Of a stretch of 64,000 nt of DNA, positions 1-10,862 are shown piece after piece (the first letter of the stretch is position 1; the number at the start of each line of letters is the position of its first letter). The notes under the pieces were generated by a model. That model ran no database searches. It saw only the letters and a program-made list of their open reading frames with translations, and was not told the DNA's origin. Position numbers and translations under genes: made by a program. Source of the DNA: an uncultured Dictyobacter sp. (GTDB lineage Bacteria; Chloroflexota; Ktedonobacteria; Ktedonobacterales; Ktedonobacteraceae); assembly GCA_964657925.1 (NCBI GenBank), contig CAZZWK010000020.1, forward strand, positions 1,359-65,358, read 5' to 3'.

Positions 1-475
1 AACTGGTGGAAAGCAACAACTTTACATCCTGGACTAGGCGCAAGCGATCAATCACATGCACCGGCGTATCCACTGGCACCTCTAAGTTCGCGGCTACCTC
101 GACAGAAGCAGGAATAACCTCTTGCCGGAGCACCGTTGTTGTCACGGTCAGGCCACGGCGCTCCATATCATCATAGATGCCAAAGGCTCGCTGCACAAAG
201 CGCTCCTGCAATTTGGGCGAGGCAACATAGGTACCCTTCCCCTGGACCGTGCGCAATTTTCCCTCGTTTACCAGGTCCCCAATCGCTTTACGAATTGTAA
301 TGCGACTGACCCCAAATTCTTGACAAAGCTCTGGCTCTGGAGGAACGAGTGCGCCAGGCGTCAGCGTGCCATTCGTAATGCGCCCCAGAAGCACTTCTTT
401 GACACGGTGATACTTGGGAATAGGAATGGGGGTTTTTCTAAAAGGTGTCTCTAGAGAGCTATGCTCAAAATTCAT
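1..475 (-). CDS. GntR/HutC-family transcriptional regulator (C-terminal part runs off the window start)
   Basis: Absent from the ORF track because it is open to the window edge. My minus-strand translation from ATG 475..473 reads MNFEHSSLETPFRKTPIPIPKYHRVKEVLLGRITNGTLTPGALVPPEPELCQEFGVSRITIRKAIGDLVNEGKLRTVQGKGTYVA..., a classic GntR winged-helix N-terminus. The + strand ORF 122..454 is its antisense shadow. Confidence 0.8.
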   Translation of the reverse strand, partial: MNFEHSSLETPFRKTPIPIPKYHRVKEVLLGRITNGTLTPGALVPPEPELCQEFGVSRITIRKAIGDLVNEGKLRTVQGKGTYVASPKLQERFVQRAFGIYDDMERRGLTVTTTVLRQEVIPASVEVAANLEVPVDTPVHVIDRLRLVQDVKLLLSTS

Positions 476-591
476 ACAGTTGCTCCTTGCAATGGATCTT
501 GCTTTCTATAGTGATAAGAGTATTCTATCATTATTCCATGCTCTCTCCTGGACCCTTCCTGTTTAGCAATGACGTTTAAACAAATCATTGT

Positions 592-605
592 GTCGTTATG
601 ATGAC
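592..605. promoter_or_regulatory. Candidate GntR-type operator (GTCGT-N4-ATGAC) in the GntR gene upstream region
   Basis: Sequence is gtcgttatgatgac. Its reverse complement gtcatcataacgac matches gtcgtcataacgac at 11044..11057 in 13 of 14 positions. It lies about 120 nt upstream of the GntR start. Confidence 0.3.
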
Positions 606-626
606 TATAGATAAATTATAAAACCT

Positions 627-673
627 TTAAGAGTGAGCGTCAATGGTATCTGAGCATTGACGCTCACTCTTAA
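627..673 (-). terminator. Rho-independent-type terminator hairpin downstream of the 847..3054 gene
   Basis: Perfect 19-bp arms ttaagagtgagcgtcaatg / cattgacgctcactcttaa with a 9-nt loop. On the minus strand the hairpin is followed by ggttttataatttat (T-rich). Confidence 0.6.
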
Positions 674-846
674 AAGTCGCGTCTCCACCCCTTGCAGTCC
701 GCTTGAGAACTGCTTTTGTATGCGCCGCAGACGCGAGGAGCGTGCAAAGAGCGTGACTTTTGAGAAACCCTGAACGTTGAGCAGGGCTGGTACAAAGTCG
801 AGAACAGCAAGAGTGACGATGGAGTCTCAGGCAAATGGATGCCCTG

Positions 847-3054
847 TTACAAACAATTATCGAAATCAGAGTCGTAGTACGGCGAAGGAATAGTGCCAGA
901 GGCATTTCCTTCCGCGACCTCTGCGATGACGTTCGCGCTGGGACAATTGGCCGCTGGCTGCCCGGAGGCAAACGCAGTCAGGACAAAATTCAAAGGATGG
1001 CTACCGTCATTGCTGATGGTAGTGTTGAGCATGCCAGCCACGGCTATACCCGCGCGCACGCGCGCGCTCAATGATCCGGTGGTATTATTGCTAAATACAG
1101 CACCAGTAGCATTTGTGGCAATACTCGGCGAAAACCACTCGCGCACGCCCGCCACAATGCCGAAATCAAAGGTAGTATACGGACCGGTCCAGAAGGTATT
1201 ATCGCTATACGTTGTCTGGCTATAGTCCAGGGTTGAGCCTGGAGCATTGCCACCAGTGATTGGGTCCGCTGCAATTGGCCCATTTATCGAGCTACCAGCA
1301 GAGATAATCACATTATTCTTAATGGTCGAGTCCTGGGTAACGCCATTTGAGCTGAACAGCACAATTCCGATATCGGTGACATCGACAATGCTATTGTTCT
1401 CGATATCAATATTTTCGCAACGCATGGTCAGACCATCCGAGTTATCGGAATACCCGTGATTGGCACTGTAAGCAGTAACGAGATTGCCTGTAACTGTTTC
1501 GTTTGAGCACGCGTACCCATCGGCTTTGCCCGCCGAATAGAAATTCGTGCCACCCTGGGGATCTGAGAGCTTGTCGTTCGAGACAATGGTGCCATTTCCA
1601 CCCAGCGAGGCGATATTCGCATTGTCATTCTGCGAGCCGCCTGGTTTGTAGTACCCCAACACATTCCGTTGACCATCAACCCAGACGCTTGTGAGCTCTC
1701 CTCCACCATCGATATTGACCACTGGCCCATTGAAAGAGCTTGTACGCACCAGACGCGCCATCAGCGCGTACTGCGTGGGTCCCGGTTGACCCGTCGTAGT
1801 CAGGGTGACACCAGAGGGAATGGTTAATCCGCTTGAGATATCAATGACCGCGCTCTGAGCAAGGTAAACAGTTGAACCCGCGCTCGCGTTATTCAAAGCC
1901 GTTTGCAAACCACTTTCGTCACCGATATAGCCGCTTCCTCCTGTAGGTGGCTCAGGTGGAGTCTGTGAGCCAAAGTGATAATTAGGCGACGAAATGCTAC
2001 ATATGGCCGGAACCAGGCCATTGAATTCACTACTGGAGAAAAAGTCACTGACCACAGATGACCAGGAGGTGCCCGCATTCAGGTCGTTGGTGTAGGAGGT
2101 TAAACCTCCATTATCAGCGTCGCGATTGAGCGCGCCCCGGTATAATGCGAAGACTCTGAGTGCGTTAGAACTATAATCACCAGTAAACTCGCTCGAGGTA
2201 TAGATCTGCGCGCCCAATGCTCCCAGTGTGCTCGCGCTACATCCATTGGTGAGAAAAGAGTTAACGGCGTTGCTCCATTCGCTCTGGCTGGGAGCACGCC
2301 CCAGTCCCTCGGTATAGAGCTTGGCAATGAACTGCGCGGGTACAATCGGCGGGTTATCAAGGTTGGCTAGCTGGATATCATCGATGTAGCCACGATAGCC
2401 ACCAACGCTCTGCCCACCATCAAAACCGACATTCAAACGGTTGATGGTCTTACCACTCACATAGCCTCCAATCACTGACGTGACCTCGTTCCAGGTATCC
2501 AACGTCAGATGTCCACATTGTGAGGCTGGATGCAATGGCACGCCGTTCTCCGTGGCTGCTCCCGAGTCACGCAAAGTGCTTCCATCACTAAAGATCATGT
2601 CGAGTGCTACGCAAGTGCTGTTGTCTCCTCGTACGTTCCCATTGGAGTTTTGACTTTGCGGATAGATCCAATAGGAAAGCGTGGTGTTCGCATTCACAGT
2701 GATAGTCTGGCCGCTCAGGTCGAACACCTTCATGTATGCATAAGGGTCACTGCTGGTTGAACTTACATTCCCAGAGTACATTAACGCGTTGCTGCCAGTA
2801 TGGGCAAACTCACTACGCACGCCCATCTCCGATCCGCTTACGCCACAACAAATGCCAGTGACATTACTACTGCCACCGCCCGAACTATCAACCGTATCGG
2901 TCCATGTTGGCTGTGATTCACCGGTTTCTAAACCGGTACTGAAAAGGGTGCTGTCGGCATGGACCCTGGGAGCCGGTCCGGCGACTAAGAAACTGGCCGA
3001 GAGAGCAAGAAGTACAGCCAGTACCAGAGAGAGTAATACGGGATAAGGACGCAT
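847..3054 (-). CDS. Secreted multidomain protein: N-terminal CBM-like region, DUF4214-like segment, C-terminal right-handed parallel beta-helix
   Basis: The ORF track gives 847..3138. I prefer ATG 3054 (MRPYPVLLSLVLAVLLALSASFLVAGPAPRVHA, a signal peptide). FIAKLYTEGLGRAPSQSEWSNAVNSF resembles DUF4214. The C-terminus has repetitive N/G/S/T-rich turns (NNSIVDVTDIGIVLFSSNGV, KNNVIISAGSS) typical of pectate-lyase-fold repeats. Confidence 0.6.
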   Translation of the reverse strand: MRPYPVLLSLVLAVLLALSASFLVAGPAPRVHADSTLFSTGLETGESQPTWTDTVDSSGGGSSNVTGICCGVSGSEMGVRSEFAHTGSNALMYSGNVSSTSSDPYAYMKVFDLSGQTITVNANTTLSYWIYPQSQNSNGNVRGDNSTCVALDMIFSDGSTLRDSGAATENGVPLHPASQCGHLTLDTWNEVTSVIGGYVSGKTINRLNVGFDGGQSVGGYRGYIDDIQLANLDNPPIVPAQFIAKLYTEGLGRAPSQSEWSNAVNSFLTNGCSASTLGALGAQIYTSSEFTGDYSSNALRVFALYRGALNRDADNGGLTSYTNDLNAGTSWSSVVSDFFSSSEFNGLVPAICSISSPNYHFGSQTPPEPPTGGSGYIGDESGLQTALNNASAGSTVYLAQSAVIDISSGLTIPSGVTLTTTGQPGPTQYALMARLVRTSSFNGPVVNIDGGGELTSVWVDGQRNVLGYYKPGGSQNDNANIASLGGNGTIVSNDKLSDPQGGTNFYSAGKADGYACSNETVTGNLVTAYSANHGYSDNSDGLTMRCENIDIENNSIVDVTDIGIVLFSSNGVTQDSTIKNNVIISAGSSINGPIAADPITGGNAPGSTLDYSQTTYSDNTFWTGPYTTFDFGIVAGVREWFSPSIATNATGAVFSNNTTGSLSARVRAGIAVAGMLNTTISNDGSHPLNFVLTAFASGQPAANCPSANVIAEVAEGNASGTIPSPYYDSDFDNCL

Positions 3055-3288
3055 CAATGCGCCTGTATACTGTTCGTTTTGTTTCCTTGCGAATAATCGT
3101 CGCACGCTTAATCTCCTTCGATAATCAAACAGATGCAAATAATCTCGGCGTAGATCCTCTCCTTTCGTTTCCTCTCTGGATGGCTCAGAGCAACACTGTT
3201 TGCCCTACCCATCTCCAAAGAGATGATTTATAGATGCAAGTCCAACGAAGAACTTGAGAAAAATTCACACGTGGTCAGAGTTGGAGGC

Positions 3289-5037
3289 TTACTTCACAAA
3301 AGCTTTGACGACCTTGCAGAGCTGCGCATCAGAATTGCGGAGCTGGTAGTGTCCTACACTGGCAGGAATAATGATGCTCTCCGCGAAACGCAATTCAACA
3401 GGATCGCAGCCGTCAACCAGAATGGTGCAGCTTTCTCCTTCAACGAGATTGAGAATATGGAAACGCTCGTGGGTATCATCTGCAATCTGGTCGGTAAACT
3501 CAAAGCGATGAATGGCGAAAAAGAGCTGATCAATATTGCCGATCTGGTATTCTTTGCCGCCCGCCCCCTCGCGCAGAAGCACCGACCGCGGGCACAGGTG
3601 CTCCTCTACCCAGTTCGCCCTTCGGCTCTCGTCAAGATTGGCAAACGCGTGCTCCAGGTGCGTGTGGCGCAGGTTGCCTGACAGATCCTTGCGCAGATAG
3701 TCATAGATCTTGAAGGTGTAAATATAGGGCGTGGCGCTGATCTCCAGCACCAAATTATTTTTGCCACTACAATGGATGGTGCCGCTAGGAATAAGAAAGA
3801 GATCATGGGGATTACTGGGCTGACTATGCACGTAGCTGTCGATCTCAAAAGGGATCGCCTGATCGCGTGCCGCCAACGCGGCCTGCTGGAACTGGCCTAT
3901 ATCGCTCTCATCACGCAGACCCAGGTAAACGCGCGCGCCTGGTTCGTTGGTCACAATATAATACGTTTCGTCCTGCGTAAATGGCTCGCCAAAATGGTTG
4001 CGGATATAGTCGACCCGCGGATGCACCTGGCACGACAGATTGGTACCATCCATGGTATCCAGGTAGTCAAAGCGAATCGGGAAATAGCTTCCATAGCGCG
4101 CAGCGACGGGTACCCCCAGCACCGCATCGGTTTCGGCCCACAAGACATAATCAAAAGAGCACTCAAGAACATCCTCGCCATTCCCCAATAACACACCATT
4201 CTCCGGCGCGATCAGTTCAAACGACCAGGCATAATTAGGCTGTTCAGGCGGTAGACCAAATTGTTCTTTCATCCACTGACCACCCCAGGGACCGGGAGCG
4301 AACCAGGGCTTGACGCGCAAAGGTCGATGGGCCAGTTCATGTAACACCTGGCGAAAATCATCACCGCGCATGATTTTCGGCTCCATAGCCTCGGTCCCAT
4401 CCACAAAAAAGTCCAGGCGCGCCAGTTGTTCGCGCTTGATGAGATTGAGCATCGGCCAATCGACGAAATAGAAGCGCTTATACATGGCCCCAAAAGCTTC
4501 AGGCTGTTCTGCCCCTACATTACAGATGGCCTGCTGTCCAGCCAGTTGTTGAGCGCGATCCTTCGGCACGTCAATATAGACATGAAGCCCCTGCGCGGTT
4601 ACACGCGAGGCGCCGAAGCCTGAGATGACAACGAGCCCGAAGCGACTTTGCTCCTGAAGCTGTGCTTGCAAATGGGCCAGAGCTTCTGGCCTCCAGAACT
4701 CTTGTAGATCGCCGTGAAAGAGCCGTCCAAAGACTGGATCAGTCGTCAAAGAACTTTCCAATAAGCCCTGTATCTCATGAACTGGACGCAAACATGCCTC
4801 GGTTGACAGCCAGAAAACCTCTCGCGTGCCTTTTTCCAGTTCGGAACGTACGTTGGCGAGAAAATCATGCCAGGGCAGTCCCACAAAGCCATCAAGCACC
4901 AGAATGTGAGGGCCATCAAGCTCGTCCAATGCCTGCACAAGCATCTGAACCAGGGCGGCATGACCAGTCTTTACGGACAAGCCGGAAAATATATGGACCG
5001 GGTGGGTACGATAGTGAGATGAAAAGGATGATTTCAT
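3289..5037 (-). CDS. Type I phosphomannose-isomerase-like cupin protein with an N-terminal domain of unknown function
   Basis: 582 aa. The C-terminal half has the metal-site-like signature LSCQVHP, plus ETYYIV and HCSGKNNLVLEISATP, resembling class I mannose-6-phosphate isomerases. It lies in an operon with a GH38-like gene and a sugar ABC transporter. Confidence 0.6.
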   Translation of the reverse strand: MKSSFSSHYRTHPVHIFSGLSVKTGHAALVQMLVQALDELDGPHILVLDGFVGLPWHDFLANVRSELEKGTREVFWLSTEACLRPVHEIQGLLESSLTTDPVFGRLFHGDLQEFWRPEALAHLQAQLQEQSRFGLVVISGFGASRVTAQGLHVYIDVPKDRAQQLAGQQAICNVGAEQPEAFGAMYKRFYFVDWPMLNLIKREQLARLDFFVDGTEAMEPKIMRGDDFRQVLHELAHRPLRVKPWFAPGPWGGQWMKEQFGLPPEQPNYAWSFELIAPENGVLLGNGEDVLECSFDYVLWAETDAVLGVPVAARYGSYFPIRFDYLDTMDGTNLSCQVHPRVDYIRNHFGEPFTQDETYYIVTNEPGARVYLGLRDESDIGQFQQAALAARDQAIPFEIDSYVHSQPSNPHDLFLIPSGTIHCSGKNNLVLEISATPYIYTFKIYDYLRKDLSGNLRHTHLEHAFANLDESRRANWVEEHLCPRSVLLREGAGGKEYQIGNIDQLFFAIHRFEFTDQIADDTHERFHILNLVEGESCTILVDGCDPVELRFAESIIIPASVGHYQLRNSDAQLCKVVKAFVK

Positions 5038-5131
5038 GGATATGGACAGTCTTTCCTTAGAATACTCGAGTGAGCAGGCGAGCCGAAATCGAGGTGAAGC
5101 ACATATTTCAGCTCGCCTTTGCCACTAAAAT

Positions 5132-7582
5132 TTAATGCCATCCTAGCGCTTCTATCGGCAAGGCCGCAGCTTGCCCTTGCTCCTCACTGGAGAAGCCCTG
5201 CTGACTCAGGAAGCGATAGCGCAAACGCAAGCGCCCGCGCTGACTAACCGGGAAATTGGTGTGCCAGTAGTGATTCACCGGCATAGAAGCCAAAAAACCG
5301 TTCCATTCCCAGGGCTCAGTTTCCCAGCGGTTATAGTTCAATTCCTGCGTCATCACTAAGGGAGCGTCTAGGGGCAACCATAAACCGCGTGCTCCGTTGC
5401 TCTGGGTAATGCGTGCCGCTTGCTGGATGGTATAGTAGCTTGAACAAGTGCCTGCTAACTGACCTCCAGTCACGTGACTACCAGGCCGGAAAAATCCTCC
5501 TCCAGTCTCTAAATCGAGCATACTCTGTTGATTGGCAAATGGAAAAGTAACATATGCTGCTTCTGGCTGCCTGCACCACTCTTTGTCCCACTCAAGCACC
5601 AGCTCGACCATGGGCAAAGCGCGATAAAAACGCCAGGCAAGCTTGAGGGGTCCAAAACTGCTACCAGAACCGTCGAAGACGAGCTCATCGAAAATCGGAC
5701 CACGCGTAAGGATCGGCTCACTCGCGATCGCCGCTGAAGCGCGTGCAAAGACCGGCACATCGGGATACTCCCGCTTCAGTTCTGCGCTGGCTACGCCGAG
5801 CGCGAGAAAACGCTGTTCGTTGCCTACCGCGCGCCAGCCCCAGGGATGGATGACGCGCTCGTGGACGAGTTGCCCAAAGCCATAGGTATGCTCTGCGTTC
5901 ACCCATTCACGCCCACTGGCGCTCTCGTACAAACTGCGCAAACTGCCGGTTGCGGCATCGATATGCGCCTGCCAACCATGAGCTTTGACTTGCCACCCGC
6001 CTGCTACCTGTTCAAGCTGGATCGTATCCGACTGAGACAAAGGTGGCGGCGCTGTATCCACCAACGTAAAAGCCGCAAGCTGAGCAGATGCCAGAGGAAG
6101 CATGGCAACACATTGCTCTAGCTCAACGTTCTCACGCTGAAAGGCGTAAAGCGTACCATCCTCCGCGCGTAAAGCCTGTTGCTCTGGATCAAGCTGTAAC
6201 TCTTCCGAGGTAAAGTGCAACAGATACTCGCCAGCCGCTCGCTCGGCAGAACCAGCGTAGAGCATGGGCTGATGTTGGGACGATCTGGGACCCTTGCGCA
6301 GGGCCGCACCCGCGGCTTCGTTGAGATAGAGCTCCGCGCGATGGAAAAAGAGCTCTTTGACGTTTTGCTCAAATCCGTTCAGCCAAGAGGCCGGACGCTG
6401 CGTGGTCGACCAGGCACCGAATGTATGCTCCAGGGCCATACGCTCCTGCTCCAGAGCACGCGCGAAGTACGCGCTAGCACCAGGTACCTGTGCCTGTTCC
6501 ACAAGAGCGCTCACATCAGCTCGTCGACGCTGCACGCGCCGAATCTGGGCGGTCACGGCTGTCCCCGAGCCCAGGCCATGCGCCCAGGAATCAGGCCATG
6601 CCACTTGATATGTCGGATACGCCCGCGTAGCGTCTTCCGTGAGATAAGCAAACCACTCGCTGACCGTCGCTGTGCGCAGAACAATAGCTTCGTGCTCGCG
6701 ATTCCAGCGCTCGATTATTTCGTACCAGCGCGTATCTGGTGGCGAATTATCAACATAGTAGCCACCTGTACTGATAAGTAACGCGTCCAAAGCATAGCCA
6801 TGAGTACGTAGATATTCGATATAACATGGCACAGCCTCATGCGCAATCGCGTAAAGATCATCGACGCTATCATAATCGGTCTCTGTAAAATAACGCGTTT
6901 TATCAGCATGAAAGCCCTTGCGTCCCGATAGACCCAACACATTGCCAAGCAGATAATGTTCGTTGAGCCAGTGCAAAACCTGACCCCCACGCGGTCCCAA
7001 CCAGTTAAAGCCCTGGGGAATGCGCGTGGGTACATCGGGACGTAGATTATGTGCGTGATTATAGCGCCATTCATAATTGACACTACCGCGAGCACCAAGC
7101 GGATCTGTGCCCATATCAAGATTGAGCTGGCTGATAAAGTAAGGGATAGCATACTCCGCGAGAATATCGGCCACCGCCCAGGGCCAGCCATTCACATCAC
7201 AGTGCAGCGCTGTACGCAGAGGCAACGCGTGTTGCTGACAATACTCAACCACGAGGGCAATACTTCTGCGATAACTATCAGCATCGATCAGATCCGTAAA
7301 ATGCGCGTAAGCAGCAGTAATTTCAATCTGACCACTGCGCACATAACCCAGAAACTCATTCTCGCGCTCAGGACGATGCGTAAGATAATGACGCACTTGC
7401 CAGAATGTCTCACAGGTCCATTTAAAGCGCTGAAACTCAGGAGCTGTGGAGGTTACGCGACAGAGATCGAGCACACGATCATAATACTCCAGGTACATAT
7501 CTTCCAGTTGTTCCTGGGGATGCGTATATCCTATATCAGTGTGAGCAGATTGCATCACGTAGATCGTAAATGGCTTGACCAC
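5132..7582 (-). CDS. GH38-like glycoside hydrolase (alpha-mannosidase family)
   Basis: 816 aa. The N-terminus IYVMQSAHTDIGYTHPQEQ resembles the GH38 N-terminal metal-binding motif. Size and context next to a PMI-like gene are consistent with this call. Confidence 0.6.
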   Translation of the reverse strand: MVKPFTIYVMQSAHTDIGYTHPQEQLEDMYLEYYDRVLDLCRVTSTAPEFQRFKWTCETFWQVRHYLTHRPERENEFLGYVRSGQIEITAAYAHFTDLIDADSYRRSIALVVEYCQQHALPLRTALHCDVNGWPWAVADILAEYAIPYFISQLNLDMGTDPLGARGSVNYEWRYNHAHNLRPDVPTRIPQGFNWLGPRGGQVLHWLNEHYLLGNVLGLSGRKGFHADKTRYFTETDYDSVDDLYAIAHEAVPCYIEYLRTHGYALDALLISTGGYYVDNSPPDTRWYEIIERWNREHEAIVLRTATVSEWFAYLTEDATRAYPTYQVAWPDSWAHGLGSGTAVTAQIRRVQRRRADVSALVEQAQVPGASAYFARALEQERMALEHTFGAWSTTQRPASWLNGFEQNVKELFFHRAELYLNEAAGAALRKGPRSSQHQPMLYAGSAERAAGEYLLHFTSEELQLDPEQQALRAEDGTLYAFQRENVELEQCVAMLPLASAQLAAFTLVDTAPPPLSQSDTIQLEQVAGGWQVKAHGWQAHIDAATGSLRSLYESASGREWVNAEHTYGFGQLVHERVIHPWGWRAVGNEQRFLALGVASAELKREYPDVPVFARASAAIASEPILTRGPIFDELVFDGSGSSFGPLKLAWRFYRALPMVELVLEWDKEWCRQPEAAYVTFPFANQQSMLDLETGGGFFRPGSHVTGGQLAGTCSSYYTIQQAARITQSNGARGLWLPLDAPLVMTQELNYNRWETEPWEWNGFLASMPVNHYWHTNFPVSQRGRLRLRYRFLSQQGFSSEEQGQAAALPIEALGWH

Positions 7583-7613
7583 GTTTCACCTTTCTCTTCT
7601 AGCGTTCCATCGC

Positions 7614-8486
7614 CTATCTCTTCTTTGTCGTTAAAGTCAGACCATCCAGGAAATAGCGCTGGAGTCCCAGGAACAGGATCAGCGTAGGTGCTGACGCCAC
7701 CAGCGCCCCCGCAAGAATCACCGTAAAACTCGTCGCGCTATAGACTCCCATCAGGCTCGTCAGACTTGGCATTACCGGTCGTACCCCGTCCGAAACACCC
7801 AGAACCAGGCCAAAGAGCAGATCATTCCAGATCCAGGTGAACTGCAAGAGGAAGACCACTAACAACGCGGCAAATGAGAGCGGCAGATAGATACGCAAGA
7901 AGATCCCTATTTCGCTACAGCCATCCACACGAGCCGCCCCAACCAGTTCCGAGGGTATCGTGCTAAAAAAGCCGCGCATGACTAACGTACTAAAAGGAAT
8001 ACTGATGGCGGTATAAAAAAGAATCATCCCGATCTGCGTATCATAGAGACCAAGCGCGTTATACATTTGATAAAGAGGCACAATGTAAATCTGCGTGGGA
8101 AAGAGCGTACCGCTAAAAATGACCAGGAACCAGATAAATGCGCCGCGAATCTTCAGCACGATCAGCGCATAACTCGCCAGGGCCCCGATTAAAACCGCCA
8201 GGGCCCCACCCGCACTGGCATAGAGCAAACTATTCATAAAGCCCTGACCCAGGCTGGCATTATTCCAGGCCGTCACCATATTCTGAATCAGATCAAACTC
8301 GCGTGGAAAAGACCAGAACGCGTTCTGAATAAAGTCCGGCGTCGATTTGCTTGCGATACTAATCGTCATCCAGAGCGGAAAAAGCCAGAGCAACCCCAGC
8401 AGCGTCGCTCCTGCATAGGAAAACACGAGTCCCCAGGGGACCGGTCGGCGTGGCCGCGTGGGAGAAGTCTGCACAAGCGTAGCCAT
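7614..8486 (-). CDS. Carbohydrate ABC transporter permease (MalG/BPD type)
   Basis: 290 aa, multi-TM. It carries an EAA-loop-like AARVDGCSEIGIFLRIYLPL. Confidence 0.85.
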   Translation of the reverse strand: MATLVQTSPTRPRRPVPWGLVFSYAGATLLGLLWLFPLWMTISIASKSTPDFIQNAFWSFPREFDLIQNMVTAWNNASLGQGFMNSLLYASAGGALAVLIGALASYALIVLKIRGAFIWFLVIFSGTLFPTQIYIVPLYQMYNALGLYDTQIGMILFYTAISIPFSTLVMRGFFSTIPSELVGAARVDGCSEIGIFLRIYLPLSFAALLVVFLLQFTWIWNDLLFGLVLGVSDGVRPVMPSLTSLMGVYSATSFTVILAGALVASAPTLILFLGLQRYFLDGLTLTTKKR

Positions 8487-8501
8487 AATTTGTTTCCTTC
8501 C

Positions 8502-9473
8502 TTATACATTCTTCCGTAAATAGAAGACCGAAGCGACCAGCACAATCAGGGTAAGCAGGACCGCAATCGCCGAGCCATACCCAACGCGGAAGAGCGCGAA
8601 GGACTGTGTATACATCCACGTAGCCAGCGTAGAAGACGAATTATAAGGCCCTCCCTGCGTCATTACCCAGATCAGACTAAAGGTTTGCAGGCTATTGACC
8701 AGGGTAATTGAGACGATAACCGATGTCACAGGCTGAAGGAGCGGAAACGTAATATAGCGAAAGAGCCTGAAGCTACTCGCCCCTTCCATTCGCGCCGCCT
8801 CAATCACGCTCTGATCCAAACCATTGAGACCAACCAGAAAGAGCAACATATTCGTGCCCATCCCCTGCCAGGTCGCTACAATAATCATGGCAAATGTATT
8901 GACGGGGACCGAGGTCAGAAAATTATATTGCGCAAATTGCGTCAGACCCATGGCACTGAAAAGCGTTGGCAAGCCCGCGTTCGAGAGAAGAAAGGTCCAG
9001 ATCACCCCTGTCGAGGTAAGCCCAATCGCGTAGGGCAGATAAAATACATTTTTAAAGATCACCTGTCCACGCAGATGTTGCAACATCAGCGCGGCAGCCA
9101 ATCCAAGCCCCACAGGCAGCACCACCAGTCCAACCACCCAGAGAAATGTATTCAGCAAGCTGGTACCGAACACAGGATCGTGGAGCAATGTCACATAATT
9201 TTTCAGACCAATAAAATTGGGAGTCGTCAGGCCACCAGAATCAGTAAAGCTCAGCGCAATAGTCATCACGACCGAATACCAGAACATCCCCACTACGAGT
9301 ACAAGCGCGGGTAACAAGAAAGCAAAGGAAACAAGTGGCCTGAACCAGCGACGAGCGGATCGTTGCGGCTTTGTTTTTGGGGTACGTGGTGATGCAGGCA
9401 AGGCTGCTTCGAAATTCATTGTTTGAGTCATCGTTCTCTCTTCATAACGCTGTTTGGTACACTCCATCGTCAC
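8502..9473 (-). CDS. Carbohydrate ABC transporter permease (MalF/BPD type)
   Basis: 323 aa, multi-TM. It carries an EAA-loop-like EAARMEGASSFRLFRYITFPLL. The exact start among several N-terminal Met codons is uncertain. Confidence 0.85.
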   Translation of the reverse strand: MTMECTKQRYEERTMTQTMNFEAALPASPRTPKTKPQRSARRWFRPLVSFAFLLPALVLVVGMFWYSVVMTIALSFTDSGGLTTPNFIGLKNYVTLLHDPVFGTSLLNTFLWVVGLVVLPVGLGLAAALMLQHLRGQVIFKNVFYLPYAIGLTSTGVIWTFLLSNAGLPTLFSAMGLTQFAQYNFLTSVPVNTFAMIIVATWQGMGTNMLLFLVGLNGLDQSVIEAARMEGASSFRLFRYITFPLLQPVTSVIVSITLVNSLQTFSLIWVMTQGGPYNSSSTLATWMYTQSFALFRVGYGSAIAVLLTLIVLVASVFYLRKNV

Positions 9474-9602
9474 GAAACCACGATGGAAGATTCTTTTGTA
9501 CAGGCTACTAGAGAGAAACAGCTACTCTGATAACCTGTACAAAGTTCTGGCTTTGACGAACAGGAGCTTTTTATACTACCCAATGCCGGGAGTATTCGTC
9601 TA

Positions 9603-10862
9603 CTACTGCGCGGACCAGTACTGCTGCGCTAACGTCTGGCAATTCTGCAAGACCTGCATATAGGAGTTGGGATGAAGAATAAACTGAATGAGATCTGCCG
9701 CCGCTGGGACAGCAATCTGAGAAGGGGTGGCTTCCCAATAGCGGTTATGCAAGACAACATTCTGCGCCGAGACCTGCTTGTTCAACGCGGTATTGATACT
9801 AAGATTGGCAGGTACCACCGAATCGCCGCTTACAAAACTAGTGGTGTTGACCCATTGCTGCTGCACGTCAGGCTTCATAAAGATATCGACAGCCTGTATG
9901 GCCTGCTGAACATGCGGGCTATGCGCGGCAACTACAATCGGGCTGGTCTCAAATATCACCTGCGTGGGAATGCCCGATGTGATCGGCGGTAACAAGAAAG
10001 CGTCAAAGTCAACGCCTGCCTTCATACCAGCCTGAATCAGGGTCGGTTCGTACCACTGTCCCATCAAGTTCATCGCCGTTTTGCCCTGCACAAAACTTGT
10101 CGGAGGATTAGCCTGATTTTCAGGCGTGCCGAAATATCCCTTGTCTTCCAGCGATTTCCAGACCTGCATAACCTGAACGATGCGCGGATCGGTATAGGAG
10201 ACCTTCCCAACCATCAGATCTTCATAAAGCTGTGGATCGGTGTTGACTAACAAACTCTCAAACCAGATAAAACCAGACCAGGCTGGCTGGGAATACTGCA
10301 CCAATGGAGCTACACCATGACCCTTCAAGGTTTCGTTGATGTCCATAAACTCTTGCCAGGTCGTGGGTGGTTGCAGATTATATTTGCTAAATACCTGTTT
10401 GTTGTAGAAAATAACCCAGTAAGCGAGATAGCTGGGAGCACCGTAGTAGCGTCCGTTCACCTGAAAAGCCCTGGCTACATCAGGATTGACACCGTTATTT
10501 TTGATCCATCCTTGCATGTGCGTAGTAAGATCGGCAAGCGCTCCCGCCTTAGCCAGTTCGTTCATCTGGTATCCCGACCACCAGGTGAAGAGCGGTGGTG
10601 CCTTCGTGGTCTGCGCGGCTGAGCGGATCACACCTTGGAAGACAGTGGTATCAGTATATGGCTGAGATTGGAAACCAACCTGATACTTGTCTTTCATATA
10701 GGTGCCGACAGAATTAAACCAGGGTGCCCAGCCTGGCTTGTCATTCGCGAGGGAAAGAGTCGTAGGACCGGCGTTTGCTGTTGAGGTTGTGGCCGAACCA
10801 CAGCCAGCTAACAACAATGAGCCTCCAACTAACATTGTTTGCAAGAATTTGCGTCTTTGCAT
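9603..10862 (-). CDS. Extracellular solute-binding protein of the sugar ABC transporter (lipoprotein)
   Basis: The ORF track extends to 11003. The internal ATG at 10862 gives MQRRKFLQTMLVGGSLLLAGCGS, a lipoprotein signal with a lipobox Cys. The rest looks like SBP family 1. Confidence 0.85.
   Translation of the reverse strand: MQRRKFLQTMLVGGSLLLAGCGSATTSTANAGPTTLSLANDKPGWAPWFNSVGTYMKDKYQVGFQSQPYTDTTVFQGVIRSAAQTTKAPPLFTWWSGYQMNELAKAGALADLTTHMQGWIKNNGVNPDVARAFQVNGRYYGAPSYLAYWVIFYNKQVFSKYNLQPPTTWQEFMDINETLKGHGVAPLVQYSQPAWSGFIWFESLLVNTDPQLYEDLMVGKVSYTDPRIVQVMQVWKSLEDKGYFGTPENQANPPTSFVQGKTAMNLMGQWYEPTLIQAGMKAGVDFDAFLLPPITSGIPTQVIFETSPIVVAAHSPHVQQAIQAVDIFMKPDVQQQWVNTTSFVSGDSVVPANLSINTALNKQVSAQNVVLHNRYWEATPSQIAVPAAADLIQFILHPNSYMQVLQNCQTLAQQYWSAQ

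Noticed and set aside
122-454. 110-aa + strand ORF at the window start
   Set aside because: It lies entirely antisense to a minus-strand frame that reads as a textbook GntR winged-helix regulator. It has no motifs of its own, so it is a shadow ORF.
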